64,000 bases of DNA. Source: Marsupella aquatica (taxonomy: Eukaryota; Plantae; Marchantiophyta). The DNA is taken from NCBI GenBank assembly GCA_973895155.1, contig OZ316897.1, forward strand, positions 12,237,832-12,301,831. The letters are read 5' to 3'. The notes under the pieces were generated by a model that saw only the letters and a list, made by a program, of their open reading frames with translations, was not told the DNA's origin and made no database searches. The translations under genes and the position numbers were made by a program. Positions 44,069 through 55,589 of the stretch are shown here, piece by piece (position 1 is the stretch's first letter; the number at the start of each line of letters is the position of its first letter).

Positions 44069-47000
44069 AAACTCTCCAGTGCAGAAAATTGACCAGATGC
44101 CACAGCCTCGGCAAGGCGGCGTAACTGTCCACTCCCAATATCCTGGCGGTCTAGCTTGATGACTGCCACTTGCGTCAGATTGCCGCGCTTCATGGCGTCC
44201 CGTAGTTTCTCCATACTTGTAATTTCGATCCGACTGCTGCTGCCAGTGCTAGCCGACTCAGGCGCGACATCTTGACGCCCAGCCTGCTGCCCCCAACCAG
44301 ATTTATCATCGGAGTGACGAAAGTGTTCCCCTCCTGTTCCCTGCGACTCTTCTTGCCTAGACTCTCCACCCGTCACTCCATTCGCGCCCTCTCTTCGATC
44401 CATTGGATTAACTCGATATCGTACCCTCCGACAGGTTCCCTCCTCTGAATTCCACAAGCAGCTCTGTCGTCAATTGGTCCCAGGAAATCCAAGCGGATCA
44501 GTTTGATCCAGACAGTCAATTGCCGGACTCAAATCAACGATGGTCCTTGGTACCTGGTGATCGCACCTCCCACCAGGCTTTTTTTATCCTCCAGAATGGT
44601 GAAACAGCTAGAGCAAATTGATTCAGTTCGATGCCTCTCGAATCCCCGACTCTTGCCAATGCTGATTGGAGCTGAGCAGGCCTTTTCTCCCACCAAGGTG
44701 TTGAGGAGACTACAGAACCACCAGTAGCGCCTGAAGCCAGCTCGATTGGAACATGCAAGTCAATGTAATCGTCATTGATGTCGTGTATCCAACGCTTTTG
44801 ATTTCCGGCAAACGCTGGACTCTTCATTTGCATGAGACAGACCTTCGACACTGCATTCGTGAAGACGTTTGGATCTGACTGAAAAAGAGGAGAAAAGTTT
44901 GGGCTAGCAGCATTGATCGTGTAGACAAGGATTGTTTCAAGATGTTGTGAATGATCGATTGAAAATTGACCTACTACGCGAGCAGTTATTAACATATTCA
45001 ATCCTACGACAGAGGGAGACTTGTCTGATTACCGAGACATTACTGATGCATGCTTTGCCGATTTGAGTAAGCTGAAATGGAACGATCCTGATCCCGGCAT
45101 TCTTTCTGCTGCACAGGATGATCAACCAAAGAGTACAATTAATCAGCGGTGAAAATGGGAAATTGAAAGCTAAAATTCTCCAGGGGAATGTTGAGAGCTT
45201 TGTGGAGGCGCAGTTGGTGATGGGGGAAACATTAATCAAACCGAATTATCAAAGTTTAGTCATGATCGTTCTACCTAGGACACAGGATGTAAATAGAATC
45301 TATGGTTCGAGAGATGACGACCCAATCCACAGGCCGCGTCCTTCTTAAGAATTCAGATTCGCAAGACAGATTAAACATTCAACATAGACAAGATGACTTA
45401 CCTGAACGAGAAACATACTCGAGGAAATTTTCATCCGGGTTTTCATCCAGTCACGAAAAACCAAAGCTTGCCTGAACACTGGCAGCAGCATTTAACTCGG
45501 AATGAGTTCACGCCTACAACCAAGCACATGGTGGCCGTATGGGAAGTCACTGCACAAGGAGTGGATGTGTCATGGAACCTTTCGTAGTCTTTACGAATTG
45601 ATTTTGGCCATGGATGTGCCATGGATGTTGTACTAAGCACATTTCGTTGCTGATATGCCTGTCTATACAACCTAAGGGACAACTGACCCGCAAGCTTTAG
45701 AGACTTTGCTTCTGTTTAGTGAAGAGATCAATGTGAAATACCCGTTGCTTGATTCAGATAACTTCTCTGGCTGCCTTTTAGGTAGACTCATTTTACACCA
45801 CTGGACTAGCGAAGCCACAGTCCCGTCTCTGGAAGCACGTGATGCATTTGTTGCAGAACAATATCCGATTTGGGGTTCAGTGACAAAGGCGATCAAAAGA
45901 GTCAAGCGGCAGTAAGGTGCCCGATTTGCAACCAACAGAACTAACTATTCCTCGACTTCAAAAACTTCAGAGAACTTCAGGGGACTCCTTCCATTCTGTG
46001 AACATTATAGTAAGAGACTTCTCTACTTCTGATGAGAATAGCTCGCCACAACAGTGATAGAGGAGGGTATACCTGGATGCTGTAGAAGTACACTTCTAGG
46101 AGTAGATTCGATGTGAACGCCAAAATAATATTCGATGTGTACGCCAAAATAATATTCAATTGGGATGCTTTCATGTTGTGTGACAGTCTCGAACTGCCCA
46201 GTCTAGTACAGCGAGGACGGGCCCAAACAATCAAAAGCTACTGTAAATGGTGGGCTCTCGGCACGACTTGCCAAGTTACTGGAAGGCATCGAAAGTCACG
46301 ACTCGTGACCGAATAAGGTCACGGGTAGGTACGAGGGATCACTGGGCCCTGTGGAATCTGAAGGGGATGGGAGCAGGGTTGCAGCATCACTCTACCTTGT
46401 CTTCAGAGTGGAAAAATATGGCTCCCGTGGAAGCAAATCGTCAAAAAAAATTCTCTTTTCAGTTGCGTTTGACAAACCTGGTACTCAATTGGAAGCTTCA
46501 AGGTAAGTGTCAGCTTCAAGAAGATTGGTCTTGGCCAATCGATTGTGATAGATTGTGAAGACTCTGCAAGGATTGGATTGAATGGAACGATGATATCTTG
46601 TTCTTTATTTTACATGCCTGCGACGAACCCCCCAGCGACGAACCCCAAAAACGATTTCGTTTGGAAGTCCCGCCTCCGTGGGTCCAGGACATCGAGTACA
46701 GTAGTCGAATCAAAGTTTTCTTGCACTAACTCCTGTAGGCAACAGGGACATCCTCTGAATAGCCCCTTATCTGATGGAATGAGAAACAGACTAGTTATGA
46801 TCAGGAGTATCAAAACGAGGTAAAGTGCACACGGAAGTACGTGAAGAGAATACACGTGAGGAACTCAATGCTGTGAGAATTGGAGACAGAAAATAGTAAA
46901 CATCGAGTCCATGAGTTCCAGTGAAAAAGCTTCGAATCCTCTATTGAATATTGAACTCTGAGTACCCCGAGAATCAAACCGGACATAAGTACTTCAACCA

Positions 47001-47233
47001 AGAGCATTGCTCGCCCGGGGAGAAAAGCTAGTTTGAATTCTTAACAGGATAAACATGAGGATCGAGCATCCACTAGACAGGAGCGGGGAGAGCAGAGCAC
47101 AACACGTGTTGAGTCCCCGCTGTCAAAACACCCCGCGTCCTTTTACATGTAAGGACAGTAAGCGGTGCAGGAAAATTCACAAAACTACAGAAAGAACGTC
47201 GAGACAAAGAACAGTAAAGGGAGAAAATCCCTT

Positions 47234-50200
47234 TCACACACCCCCCGGATCGACGATCTTCTGTGTGTTTGGTGCAGAAGGAAACAAAACCAGACCAAGG
47301 AGTTCAATGAATCGTTGGAAACATATTCCAGCAAGCGGTTTCGTTAAACCATCAGCTGGCATAATTTCAGTAGACAAATATTTGATCTGCACATGCCCTT
47401 GGCGAACCTGTTCACGTACATAATGCCATTGGATTTCAATGTGTTTGGTCCGAGCGTGATGCTCAGGATTGATGGTTAATGCAATTGCCGGTTTATTGTC
47501 ACCATAGATCACAACCGTCGTAATGTCTGAAGTGCAGAGATCGAGCTGCTGTAGAAGCTGCCGCAACCAGATAGCTTCCTTGCAAGCAATTGAGTAGGCG
47601 ACGTATTCAGCCTCCGTACTGCTGGTGGTGATGATTGGCTGTTTCCGAGATTTCCAGCTGATGGCACCGCCTGCTAATTTGAAGAGATAACCAGATGTAG
47701 ACTTTCGATCCACACTGTTATCAGCAAAAGATGCATCACAATAGCCCTGAAAATTCATTGAATGAATTTCAATGCCAGGAGAAGAAACAGCTTCGTACTT
47801 GAGGCCAAGATTAACAGTGCCTCGAAGATAACCAAGAATGTGCCTGACACAACTCTGATGTTCGGAGGCCGGATTATGAGCAAACTGGCCAAGTCGAGAA
47901 CAACGCTCAGAAAGATCAGGTCTCGTCCATACTGCAAGGTACATGAGAGAGCCAATCATGGCTTGATACAACTGCTTCTGATCATGTGTAGCAGGGATTT
48001 CACTTGGGAGCAGGCGATCAGTGCCGCTAGAAGGAGCAGACAAAGGAAGAGCCGACTCCATATGAAAACGAGAAAGAACCTTAAGAGCATATTTCTGTTG
48101 GGCAAGGTAAAGGACACCTTGGCTACGATCACGATAGATGGCAAGCCCTAAATACTCAGTCAGATCTCCGAGCTCATGAACCTCATACTTGGAGGAGAGG
48201 ATGGACTTCATAGACGCACTGCCGCTAAGAGTTTTTGAAACGGTAATAATATCATCCACCCATAAGACAATAAGATCGCCATCAGAATTCTTAAGAACAC
48301 AAGGATCTGAGGGTAAAGGAAAGAAGCCCTGCAAAGCTAAGTATGCGGTGATTTCGATGTACCACAGGCGTGGAGACTGGCGCAAGCCATACAAAGCTCG
48401 TAAAAGCAGCCAAACAAGAAGCTGGCCAAGATGATCGTAGGTTTCGTAGCCAGGAGGTGGTCGAACATAGATTGGAGCTTGACCAGCCATTAGAGCATTC
48501 AAAAAAGCCATAACAATATCATAACACTTAGCCTCAAGATTTAATGCAGCAACATTAGCCATGATAGCACGGAAAGTCTCAGGACGGACCACTGATGCAA
48601 AAGTATCCCCGTAATCCTCCCCTGGTCGTTGTTTATCGCCACGAGCTACGAAACGTGCCTTGTAGATGCCCGTTGCTTTCTGTGTGTACACCCATTTTGA
48701 TGGGAGAAGACGTGCACCAACAGGTAAAGGGATTAAACGTGCAACATTCAACTTCGTAAGTTGATTAAACTCTCTCTTCTCTGCAGCTTGCCATAAATCA
48801 GCATCCGGCCTAGACATGGCCTCCTTGTGTGTCTTAGGCACCTCAGAGGAGGCTGAAAATAGTGCGGCCGAATAAGAATAAAGCAGCGTGGATGGAATGC
48901 GTGTCAGCAAAGAAGTAGAAAATCGAGGCGGAGGGATTCCCCGCGTAGATCGCTCAGAACGTCGAGGAGCTGAAGGTATATTAGATATTGCAGCTGTGAG
49001 GTCTGCTGTCAATTCTTGTGGCGAGATTGCACCCAAAGGGGGAAAGATAGAAGGAATTAAATTGTTATTGTCAAAACATTCCACAGAGTCGAGAGTATTG
49101 GCCGTAGACGAAGGGCCGGATTGTGACTGGCCATCAATGAGAGATGGAACAAATGGAGTGCTCGGCAGAATAGAACCCGCAATTGCAAGTGGAGGAATAA
49201 GAGAAGTAATATCATATGGGACGTCGAGATGAATGAAACTTGAATCAGAAGATGTACTCGCCTCTAATGGAGAGGTGGTGCGTGGCGTTTCATCAATGGA
49301 AACGTATGCAGATACCGCAAACTCATTTGTATCCGGAAACCATATACAGTAATTCAAGCCATCACCGTATCCAACCAAGTATCCCTTCTTAGCTCGAGCA
49401 GCAAACTTCTCACCACGAGGTCGAGTCTCTGGGGGTATATGAACGTAAGCAAGTGCTCCAAAGACGCGTAGATGAGAAATATTTGAATTGAACTGGCGAT
49501 GAAATGGTTCATTCAAGGCAGCAACTGGGGATAAAGAAAGCGTGTTTGCAGTTGTCGGCAAACGATTGGTCACGTACACTGCAGCATTAATAGCCTCTGG
49601 CCAGAGTCGGGGTGGAAGATGAGAGTCAAGCAGCATCGCACGAGCCTGCTCTGTAATGACACCATTAGATCGTTCAGCAATACCACTCTGAGTATGGTGG
49701 TATGGAGCCGAATGGGTCATGGTACACCCTTGGGTTGATAAGAAAGTCAGAAACTGCTGACTGCCAAACTCAGTGCCATTGTCGCAATGAAGAGATGCAA
49801 TGATGGTGGCATAGTGAGTTTGAATGGCCGTAAAAAATTGTTGGACAATAGGGACAGCTTGACTCTTACTCTGAATAGAGTAGACCCAACGAAAACGTGA
49901 GTGATCATCAGTAAGAAGAAGAAAATACTTCTGATTTCGAATGCCAACAGTAGCGATGGGACCACACAGGTCAAGATGGATTTTCTGAAAAGGAGCAGAA
50001 GCCCGAGTGTGAGTTTCGCGAGAAATCACACGAGAAGATTTGGCCAAAGCGCATACTTCACAGGATGGCAAAGTGTGAGAACCAGAAAGCGTAATGTGTT
50101 CCTGTTGGATGATTTTCTGGAGGCCATCAGAATGAAGATGTGCAAATCTTCGATGAAGGAGAGGCAGAGTAACTGTTTGGGCGTAAAAATGGCTCTTATC

Positions 50201-51520
50201 AGGGACACAAGAAGATGTAGATTGAATCGTCAAGACCTTAAGACCATCAAGCCATTTTGCGGTGGCAAATTCGTGACCAGTAACCTGTATGATAAAGCGG
50301 GACTCCCAGCCATGCCAATAGACTCCCTTCTTTTCAAGAAGATGCTCTAAGATAGTATTCAATTCGCTGCTAGGCATGTATCGAACATTGTGTAAACGAA
50401 TATGTCGAAAGGATTGGTCAGTGCATCGTAATGAGAGATCAACAATGCCATATCCAGGAGAAATGATTTGACCAGCACCCGTATTGATGGAAAGCGGATC
50501 GGCAGTGTAGTCATGAAAAAGCTTCTGGTTATTACAGAAGTGATGATTGGCGCCTGAATCTGCAATCCATGTGCCCGTATCAACTGCTTGAAGCTCTGTC
50601 AATTGTGCCGAATGAGAGCACTGCACAAAATTAAAGAGATCAAGATCTGGAGAAGAGTCGTGTACAGGAGCAGAAGAAGGAGAAGCCTGAACATTATTGG
50701 TACCCTGAAGACGCTGTTGAATGCGCTCCATAACAAGTGTATTTGGCTGCCAACCCGGACGTCGCAAGTGTAAATGTTTGTAGTAGCAGGTCTCCTCCTT
50801 GTGACGAGGTAAACGGCAATACTTGCAAATTTCCTTGGAGAGCGACGTCGAAGGAGGCCGGGGATTGGACGTTGTCACATTGAGCTGCATCGGAGTGGGA
50901 GCAATCACAGCCAGATGATATTCGTCCTTGGCTTCTTGTAACAAAGAATCAAGAGATGGAGAAGCGGTTGGATTGCGCCGAAGGTGATCTCGGACATTGG
51001 CTGTCCAATGCTCATAATGCTTATCCAAACTGTGTATGAATTGCATGGTTTGGACAGCAGAATCAACAACAATTCCAACGGCAGCACACCGATCAAGAGC
51101 ATCTCGGTATTTTGTAGTAAAAATCTCCATATCTTCACCACGGTATTGAAGTTTGACGAAAGTCACCCAAGTGTTGTGCTTCTGAATGATGCCTTGAGGC
51201 TGGTATGTCTGCTTCAACTTATCCCAGCAAGCAGCCGCAGTGAGCACAGATGCTAGCGTACTTTGAATGTGTGGTTTGCACGTAGAGAGAATAATCATAC
51301 GAGCATGTGCAGCTTGAGCATTGTAAGATTCTAAACGAGCTTGAAACTGATAGGCCTTCTCGTCCACTTCTTGTACCGGAGGAACTGCAGTACCATCAAC
51401 AAATTTCCACCCGCCTGAAGATGCAAGACTAGAGGAGACAAGTAAATTCCACTGCTCATAGTTCGAGCCTCCTTCAAGTTTAGGCAACAGATGACTAGAA
51501 TCGCGATATGTGAATGCCAT
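47234..51520 (-). CDS. Copia-C Gag-Pol polyprotein, single intact ORF of about 1428 aa from ATG 51520
   Basis: LPKLEGGSNYEQW, CKYCRLPRHKEETC, WIADSGANHH, HRRFAH..CEVC, CDNGTEF, YKARFVARG, LWVDDII, TKHIEIQWHYVRE, ADGLTK. The stop codon lies inside the 3' LTR. Confidence 0.93.
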   Translation of the reverse strand: MAFTYRDSSHLLPKLEGGSNYEQWNLLVSSSLASSGGWKFVDGTAVPPVQEVDEKAYQFQARLESYNAQAAHARMIILSTCKPHIQSTLASVLTAAACWDKLKQTYQPQGIIQKHNTWVTFVKLQYRGEDMEIFTTKYRDALDRCAAVGIVVDSAVQTMQFIHSLDKHYEHWTANVRDHLRRNPTASPSLDSLLQEAKDEYHLAVIAPTPMQLNVTTSNPRPPSTSLSKEICKYCRLPRHKEETCYYKHLHLRRPGWQPNTLVMERIQQRLQGTNNVQASPSSAPVHDSSPDLDLFNFVQCSHSAQLTELQAVDTGTWIADSGANHHFCNNQKLFHDYTADPLSINTGAGQIISPGYGIVDLSLRCTDQSFRHIRLHNVRYMPSSELNTILEHLLEKKGVYWHGWESRFIIQVTGHEFATAKWLDGLKVLTIQSTSSCVPDKSHFYAQTVTLPLLHRRFAHLHSDGLQKIIQQEHITLSGSHTLPSCEVCALAKSSRVISRETHTRASAPFQKIHLDLCGPIATVGIRNQKYFLLLTDDHSRFRWVYSIQSKSQAVPIVQQFFTAIQTHYATIIASLHCDNGTEFGSQQFLTFLSTQGCTMTHSAPYHHTQSGIAERSNGVITEQARAMLLDSHLPPRLWPEAINAAVYVTNRLPTTANTLSLSPVAALNEPFHRQFNSNISHLRVFGALAYVHIPPETRPRGEKFAARAKKGYLVGYGDGLNYCIWFPDTNEFAVSAYVSIDETPRTTSPLEASTSSDSSFIHLDVPYDITSLIPPLAIAGSILPSTPFVPSLIDGQSQSGPSSTANTLDSVECFDNNNLIPSIFPPLGAISPQELTADLTAAISNIPSAPRRSERSTRGIPPPRFSTSLLTRIPSTLLYSYSAALFSASSEVPKTHKEAMSRPDADLWQAAEKREFNQLTKLNVARLIPLPVGARLLPSKWVYTQKATGIYKARFVARGDKQRPGEDYGDTFASVVRPETFRAIMANVAALNLEAKCYDIVMAFLNALMAGQAPIYVRPPPGYETYDHLGQLLVWLLLRALYGLRQSPRLWYIEITAYLALQGFFPLPSDPCVLKNSDGDLIVLWVDDIITVSKTLSGSASMKSILSSKYEVHELGDLTEYLGLAIYRDRSQGVLYLAQQKYALKVLSRFHMESALPLSAPSSGTDRLLPSEIPATHDQKQLYQAMIGSLMYLAVWTRPDLSERCSRLGQFAHNPASEHQSCVRHILGYLRGTVNLGLKYEAVSSPGIEIHSMNFQGYCDASFADNSVDRKSTSGYLFKLAGGAISWKSRKQPIITTSSTEAEYVAYSIACKEAIWLRQLLQQLDLCTSDITTVVIYGDNKPAIALTINPEHHARTKHIEIQWHYVREQVRQGHVQIKYLSTEIMPADGLTKPLAGICFQRFIELLGLVLFPSAPNTQKIVDPGGV

Positions 51521-51581
51521 GAGAAACCTCAAAAGAAGGAAGCCGGGAGAGGTAAAATGATGAGAGTATTGATCAAATAAA

Positions 51582-51592
51582 GGCCCGTAACC
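51582..51592 (-). promoter_or_regulatory. PBS complementary to the anticodon stem-loop of tRNA-iMet (half-tRNA primer type)
   Basis: Minus strand reads ...GATCATA|GGTTACGGGCCT, compared with GGTTATGGGCCC of Drosophila copia and the complement of plant tRNA-iMet GGGCCCAUAACC. Confidence 0.75.
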
Positions 51593-54500
51593 TATGATCA
51601 GGAGTATCAAAACGAGGTAAAGTGCACACGGAAGTACGTGAAGAGAATACACGTGAGGAACTCAATGCTGTGAGAATTGGAGACAGAAAATAGTAAACAT
51701 CGAGTCCATGAGTTCCAGTGAAAAAGCTTCGAATCCTCTATTGAATATTGAACTCTGAGTACCCCGAGAATCAAACCGGACATAAGTACTTCAACCAAGA
51801 GCATTGCTCGCCCGGGGAGAAAAGCTAGTTTGAATTCTTAACAGGATAAACATGAGGATCGAGCATCCACTAGACAGGAGCGGGGAGAGCAGAGCACAAC
51901 ACGTGTTGAGTCCCCGCTGTCAAAACACCCCGCGTCCTTTTACATGTAAGGACAGTAAGCGATGCAGGAAAATTCACAAAACTACAGAAAGAACGTCGAG
52001 ACAAAGAACAGTAAAGGGAGAAAATCCCTTTCACACTAGTCAAGATATCTGCCAGGAAAGACTCTACGAGAATTTTAGATTGAGCCTTTGCTTCCAACTT
52101 TCCTGGGAAATATGAAAAAATCACACTTCCGTACTCTGTCATCTCGCGTCCACAAATCCTAAATGTTTTTCACCTCGGCCAATAGATTGTGAAGAGTTTG
52201 TAAGGAATATGATTTCACATATGGTTTTCTTTGTCCTTCCATGCATGCAGTAAGATGATGACGTGCTTTGGCAGTCGTGTCCCAGTGGGTCAAGGACATG
52301 GGATGGAAGCAAAATACAGGTTCCTTTGAATTGCTCAAAGGCGAAGGAAACACCCCTTTCTTCCTTTTTCGTTGTTGAGCAGAAAGTTGACAGAGAAACC
52401 ATGTGTACTGCATGGGAGGAGGAGAGTCAACGTTGGGGGTCGTGGTGGGGACGCGAGGAAGATTCTCAAGTAGAGTCCAAATCTTCGAAGTGAAGCAAAA
52501 GCCAACAAGCTTGGGGAGACCTTTCAATTCCGGTTTGGACTTGTCGGACAAATAGGAGGATTTGGGACGACAAATGACATATGTCGTCCCGGTCGATCCC
52601 GGTCCCGGAAAAATCACTGTCGCCATGGCCTCGCCAGTCAACATTGGTGACAGAGGGACCATTTGGCCCGGTGGATCTAAAGGAGATGGGTGACAATTGA
52701 CAAAAGAGCCCTACGGTAGGGTGGCAGCGTCATCTATCTAGTCTCAAGGCCGCAAAATGTTGAATCTCATGGTAACAACCGTTACTGAAGGATTCTCGCT
52801 TATCAGTTCCGTTTGACAAAGTTGGATACTTGATTGGAAGCTTCAAGGTAACTATCAGCTTCCAGAAGACCCTGCAAGGATTGGATTCGATTGGTGACTA
52901 ATCAAGTTGTTCTGTACTTTTCATGCCGGCGACCAAAAGATGACGCGGCTTTGGGAGTCGCGTCCCCGTGTAATCGTTGTGTTGCGATAACTCTTGGGGT
53001 CTTTCTCAGTAGAATGGCGCTGGACTGCGTTTGAACGTCTGGCTCAAGTTTCCTCGTGTCCAAATTCAGCTCTCGGCTCAAAAGAATTTGTCCTGGACTT
53101 TGGATGTCTGTGAGAGAGCTTTGTTGTTGATTGCACAAGACGGAAAAGGAATGCTTCAGTGTAAAACGAAATCCTACAGGTGAAATACAGCCAAAAATTG
53201 AATGAAGGGCATCAGGCACGTATTGTTCTCGTTGTTAGATACCGCCCGAGACTATTGATTGTGGTACCCTTACAGCTGTGGTATACTTCCCTCCCCTTCA
53301 GACCATATTCAGCTCATGAGTTTTGGATTGATTCTCACTGATATCATTTCAAACTGTTGCCAGCCTTCGCAGAACTTTAACTGCGTAGTTTCAATGGAGT
53401 TGGGGACGGGAATAGAGACAGAAATTTCAGAGCCATAGTGGTCCGTTCCTTCTTTGAATTACTTTCGTTGAATCAACTGCAACATCAGAGCCAGCCAAGG
53501 TGGCCGGAGTAGTGTTACCGCGTCCCTTTCAGCTGAAGAAACCAAATCCAGGGGAACTTCATTACCCCAACTGTTGCAGAGAAATGATCCAGCTAGAGTC
53601 AAAGTCTCTAATCCGGATGTTCGAAGGAGAAATAACTACCCTTCTCCTGAAATCGTGGAGCAAAATGGCACTGGAAAAGAGTGGAAAAGAGAAGCATGAG
53701 TGGAATGTGAGCAAAATGGCACAGGATGGGAGAAGAATGAGTGGAATGAAAAAAAAAGTCTTCGACATTTCCCCCTTTTATATGGCTGGTGGCGTTGTAG
53801 GTGGAAAGGAGACTGAGTGCAAAAGAAACATTCATTTGGGAAAAACATTGTAGGTCCTAGGGTAGAGATGAGGGAGAGGAGAGCTTAGACACCAGGGAAG
53901 AGGGGAGGCCAATGCAAAAGGATAGTCATGTGCTGGAGTTGGGGTGAGAGCCTGGACAAGGTGCAACCGTGTGTCAGGCAAGCAAGCAAGCCAAAATAAA
54001 CTTGGAGGAAAGAGAGACACAAAAACAAACTTGGGCAGGAAAACAATTCATGTAGCAGCAAAACAAGGATAAAAGCAAAAGAAAATAATCATGGCAGAAA
54101 ACAAATTCCAAATGATGCCAAGAACATCAGAGAACCAAATAATTGGGTGGAGGCCAAAGCAATGCAAAGGTGAGATGATGTGGCTAGGTCTAAACAAAAT
54201 CCTGGAAGAAAAATAGACTAGGAAAACTCTGGCAACTTGGAAAAGTATGGAACAAATAAATAGCTTTTGGCCATTTCAGATATATTGCAAAACCATCTTA
54301 CGACTACACTCTGAAGAGATCTCTGCTATCATCTTAGAGGGTCCACAATCCTATGTCTTTTATACTTAAAGCTATATCAGGCCCTTTGTCTGAGGTTAGA
54401 TTGGCAGACAATCTTCAAGCTCAGGCAATCGGGCCTTTTACACAATAAGCAGACACCTTTTGGGCTGCTGTGCGAAGAATTATTGCAAGAAAATGATTTC

Positions 54501-55589
54501 TTTATCCTAGTACTAGGTGTTCGGCACATAAAAACAAAGCAACCCTATTTATTATTTATGAAACCATGTATTTGGCATGTAGAAAATAAAATAACTATAC
54601 AGTACTAAATATCAGACAAATACAAAATACAATGTGTACTATAATTAAAAATATAACCATATATTAATATGGTTGCTGTATTTTGTGTAAGTCTTCTTGT
54701 TGGTGATAGGATAAGAAATCATTTTCTGACAATAATTATTTGATTTAAACCCTCCAGTGTTTGTCATCACAACATTCTATAGACAAGTGTGTCTGTTGCT
54801 CTTCAGCCTGTTGCTGTTCAGCCGGCTCGAGCATTCACTGTTCTTAGTAATGGTGAGACGGTTGGTGTTAGGGCTGCTGGTCAGATTCTTTTGCTTGACC
54901 TTCCTATGCAATTCTACACAGGTAGTGTTTTGGTCTTTTTCTTTCCGGTTTTGGTTGGCTTTTGCCAGGTCCCTTGGGCTCTTTGGCTCCTTGGTTCACT
55001 CCCCTGGATTGGGTCTTTATTTTGGGTGATCATGTCTCCTAGATGGTCGCTTTTTTTTTTGGCAATTTGAGATATTCAACTAGAATTATCCTACCATAGT
55101 GACATCAATACGCCTGTATTACGGTATGCCATGGAAGTGCGTACACCTGCACCATGGTAAGTGTCTGTTCATGCAAGCCTATTTTGCAGTGCAAAATTTG
55201 CCAAGATCCACCACACTTTATTAAGGTGCTGAGAGACAACGATGGTAGGATAATTCAAGATCTAATCCTCAAATCTGTGCTCGTAGGAATTGGTGCGACT
55301 AACACTGAATGGAGAGTTTGAATTGAACTGGAATGAGGGAACTTCAGCCTTTATGTTCAGACCTAGAAACCCAATCCAGGGCCATTCGATTGAGACCCCA
55401 ACAATTATCTCGTCATTTTCCAATACAACAGCTACTGTAGTTTCTCATCCCATCGAATGAGGGGCCGTCAGAAGGATGTCTCCACTGCAAGACAAACAAA
55501 TTTTTGATTCCGATACTGTACTGATGTCTTTGACCCACGCCCCACGGGGGTAAGATGATACTGTACTGATGTCTTTGATCCACGGGGGC

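Larger units (their letters stand above)
34606..44403 (-). pseudogene. TRN1-like: TORNADO1-like Roco copy 3, interrupted after codon 110 by Copia-B (1231 aa if the insertion is removed)
   Basis: The N-terminal part 44074..44403 (MDRREGANG...GQFSALE) and the C-terminal part 34606..37971 join in frame across the AAACT TSD (...SALE-SLSLVHTRLEDD...). No other lesions in the ORF. P-loop GDPNVGKTT. Confidence 0.9.
46796..52035 (-). mobile_element. Intact, very young Ty1/copia element (Copia-C) with TG..TA LTRs and a half-tRNA-type PBS
   Basis: 443-bp LTRs at 46796..47238 and 51593..52035 (1 substitution seen). TSD CTAGT (46791..46795, 52036..52040), confirmed by the empty site at 26002..26006. PBS GGTTACGGGCC abuts the 5' LTR. 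Confidence 0.96.

Noticed and set aside
51521-51652. N-terminal 44-aa hydrophobic extension of the Copia-C ORF in the track
   Set aside because: It begins at a non-ATG codon inside the LTR. The first ATG at 51520 fits the Gag start.
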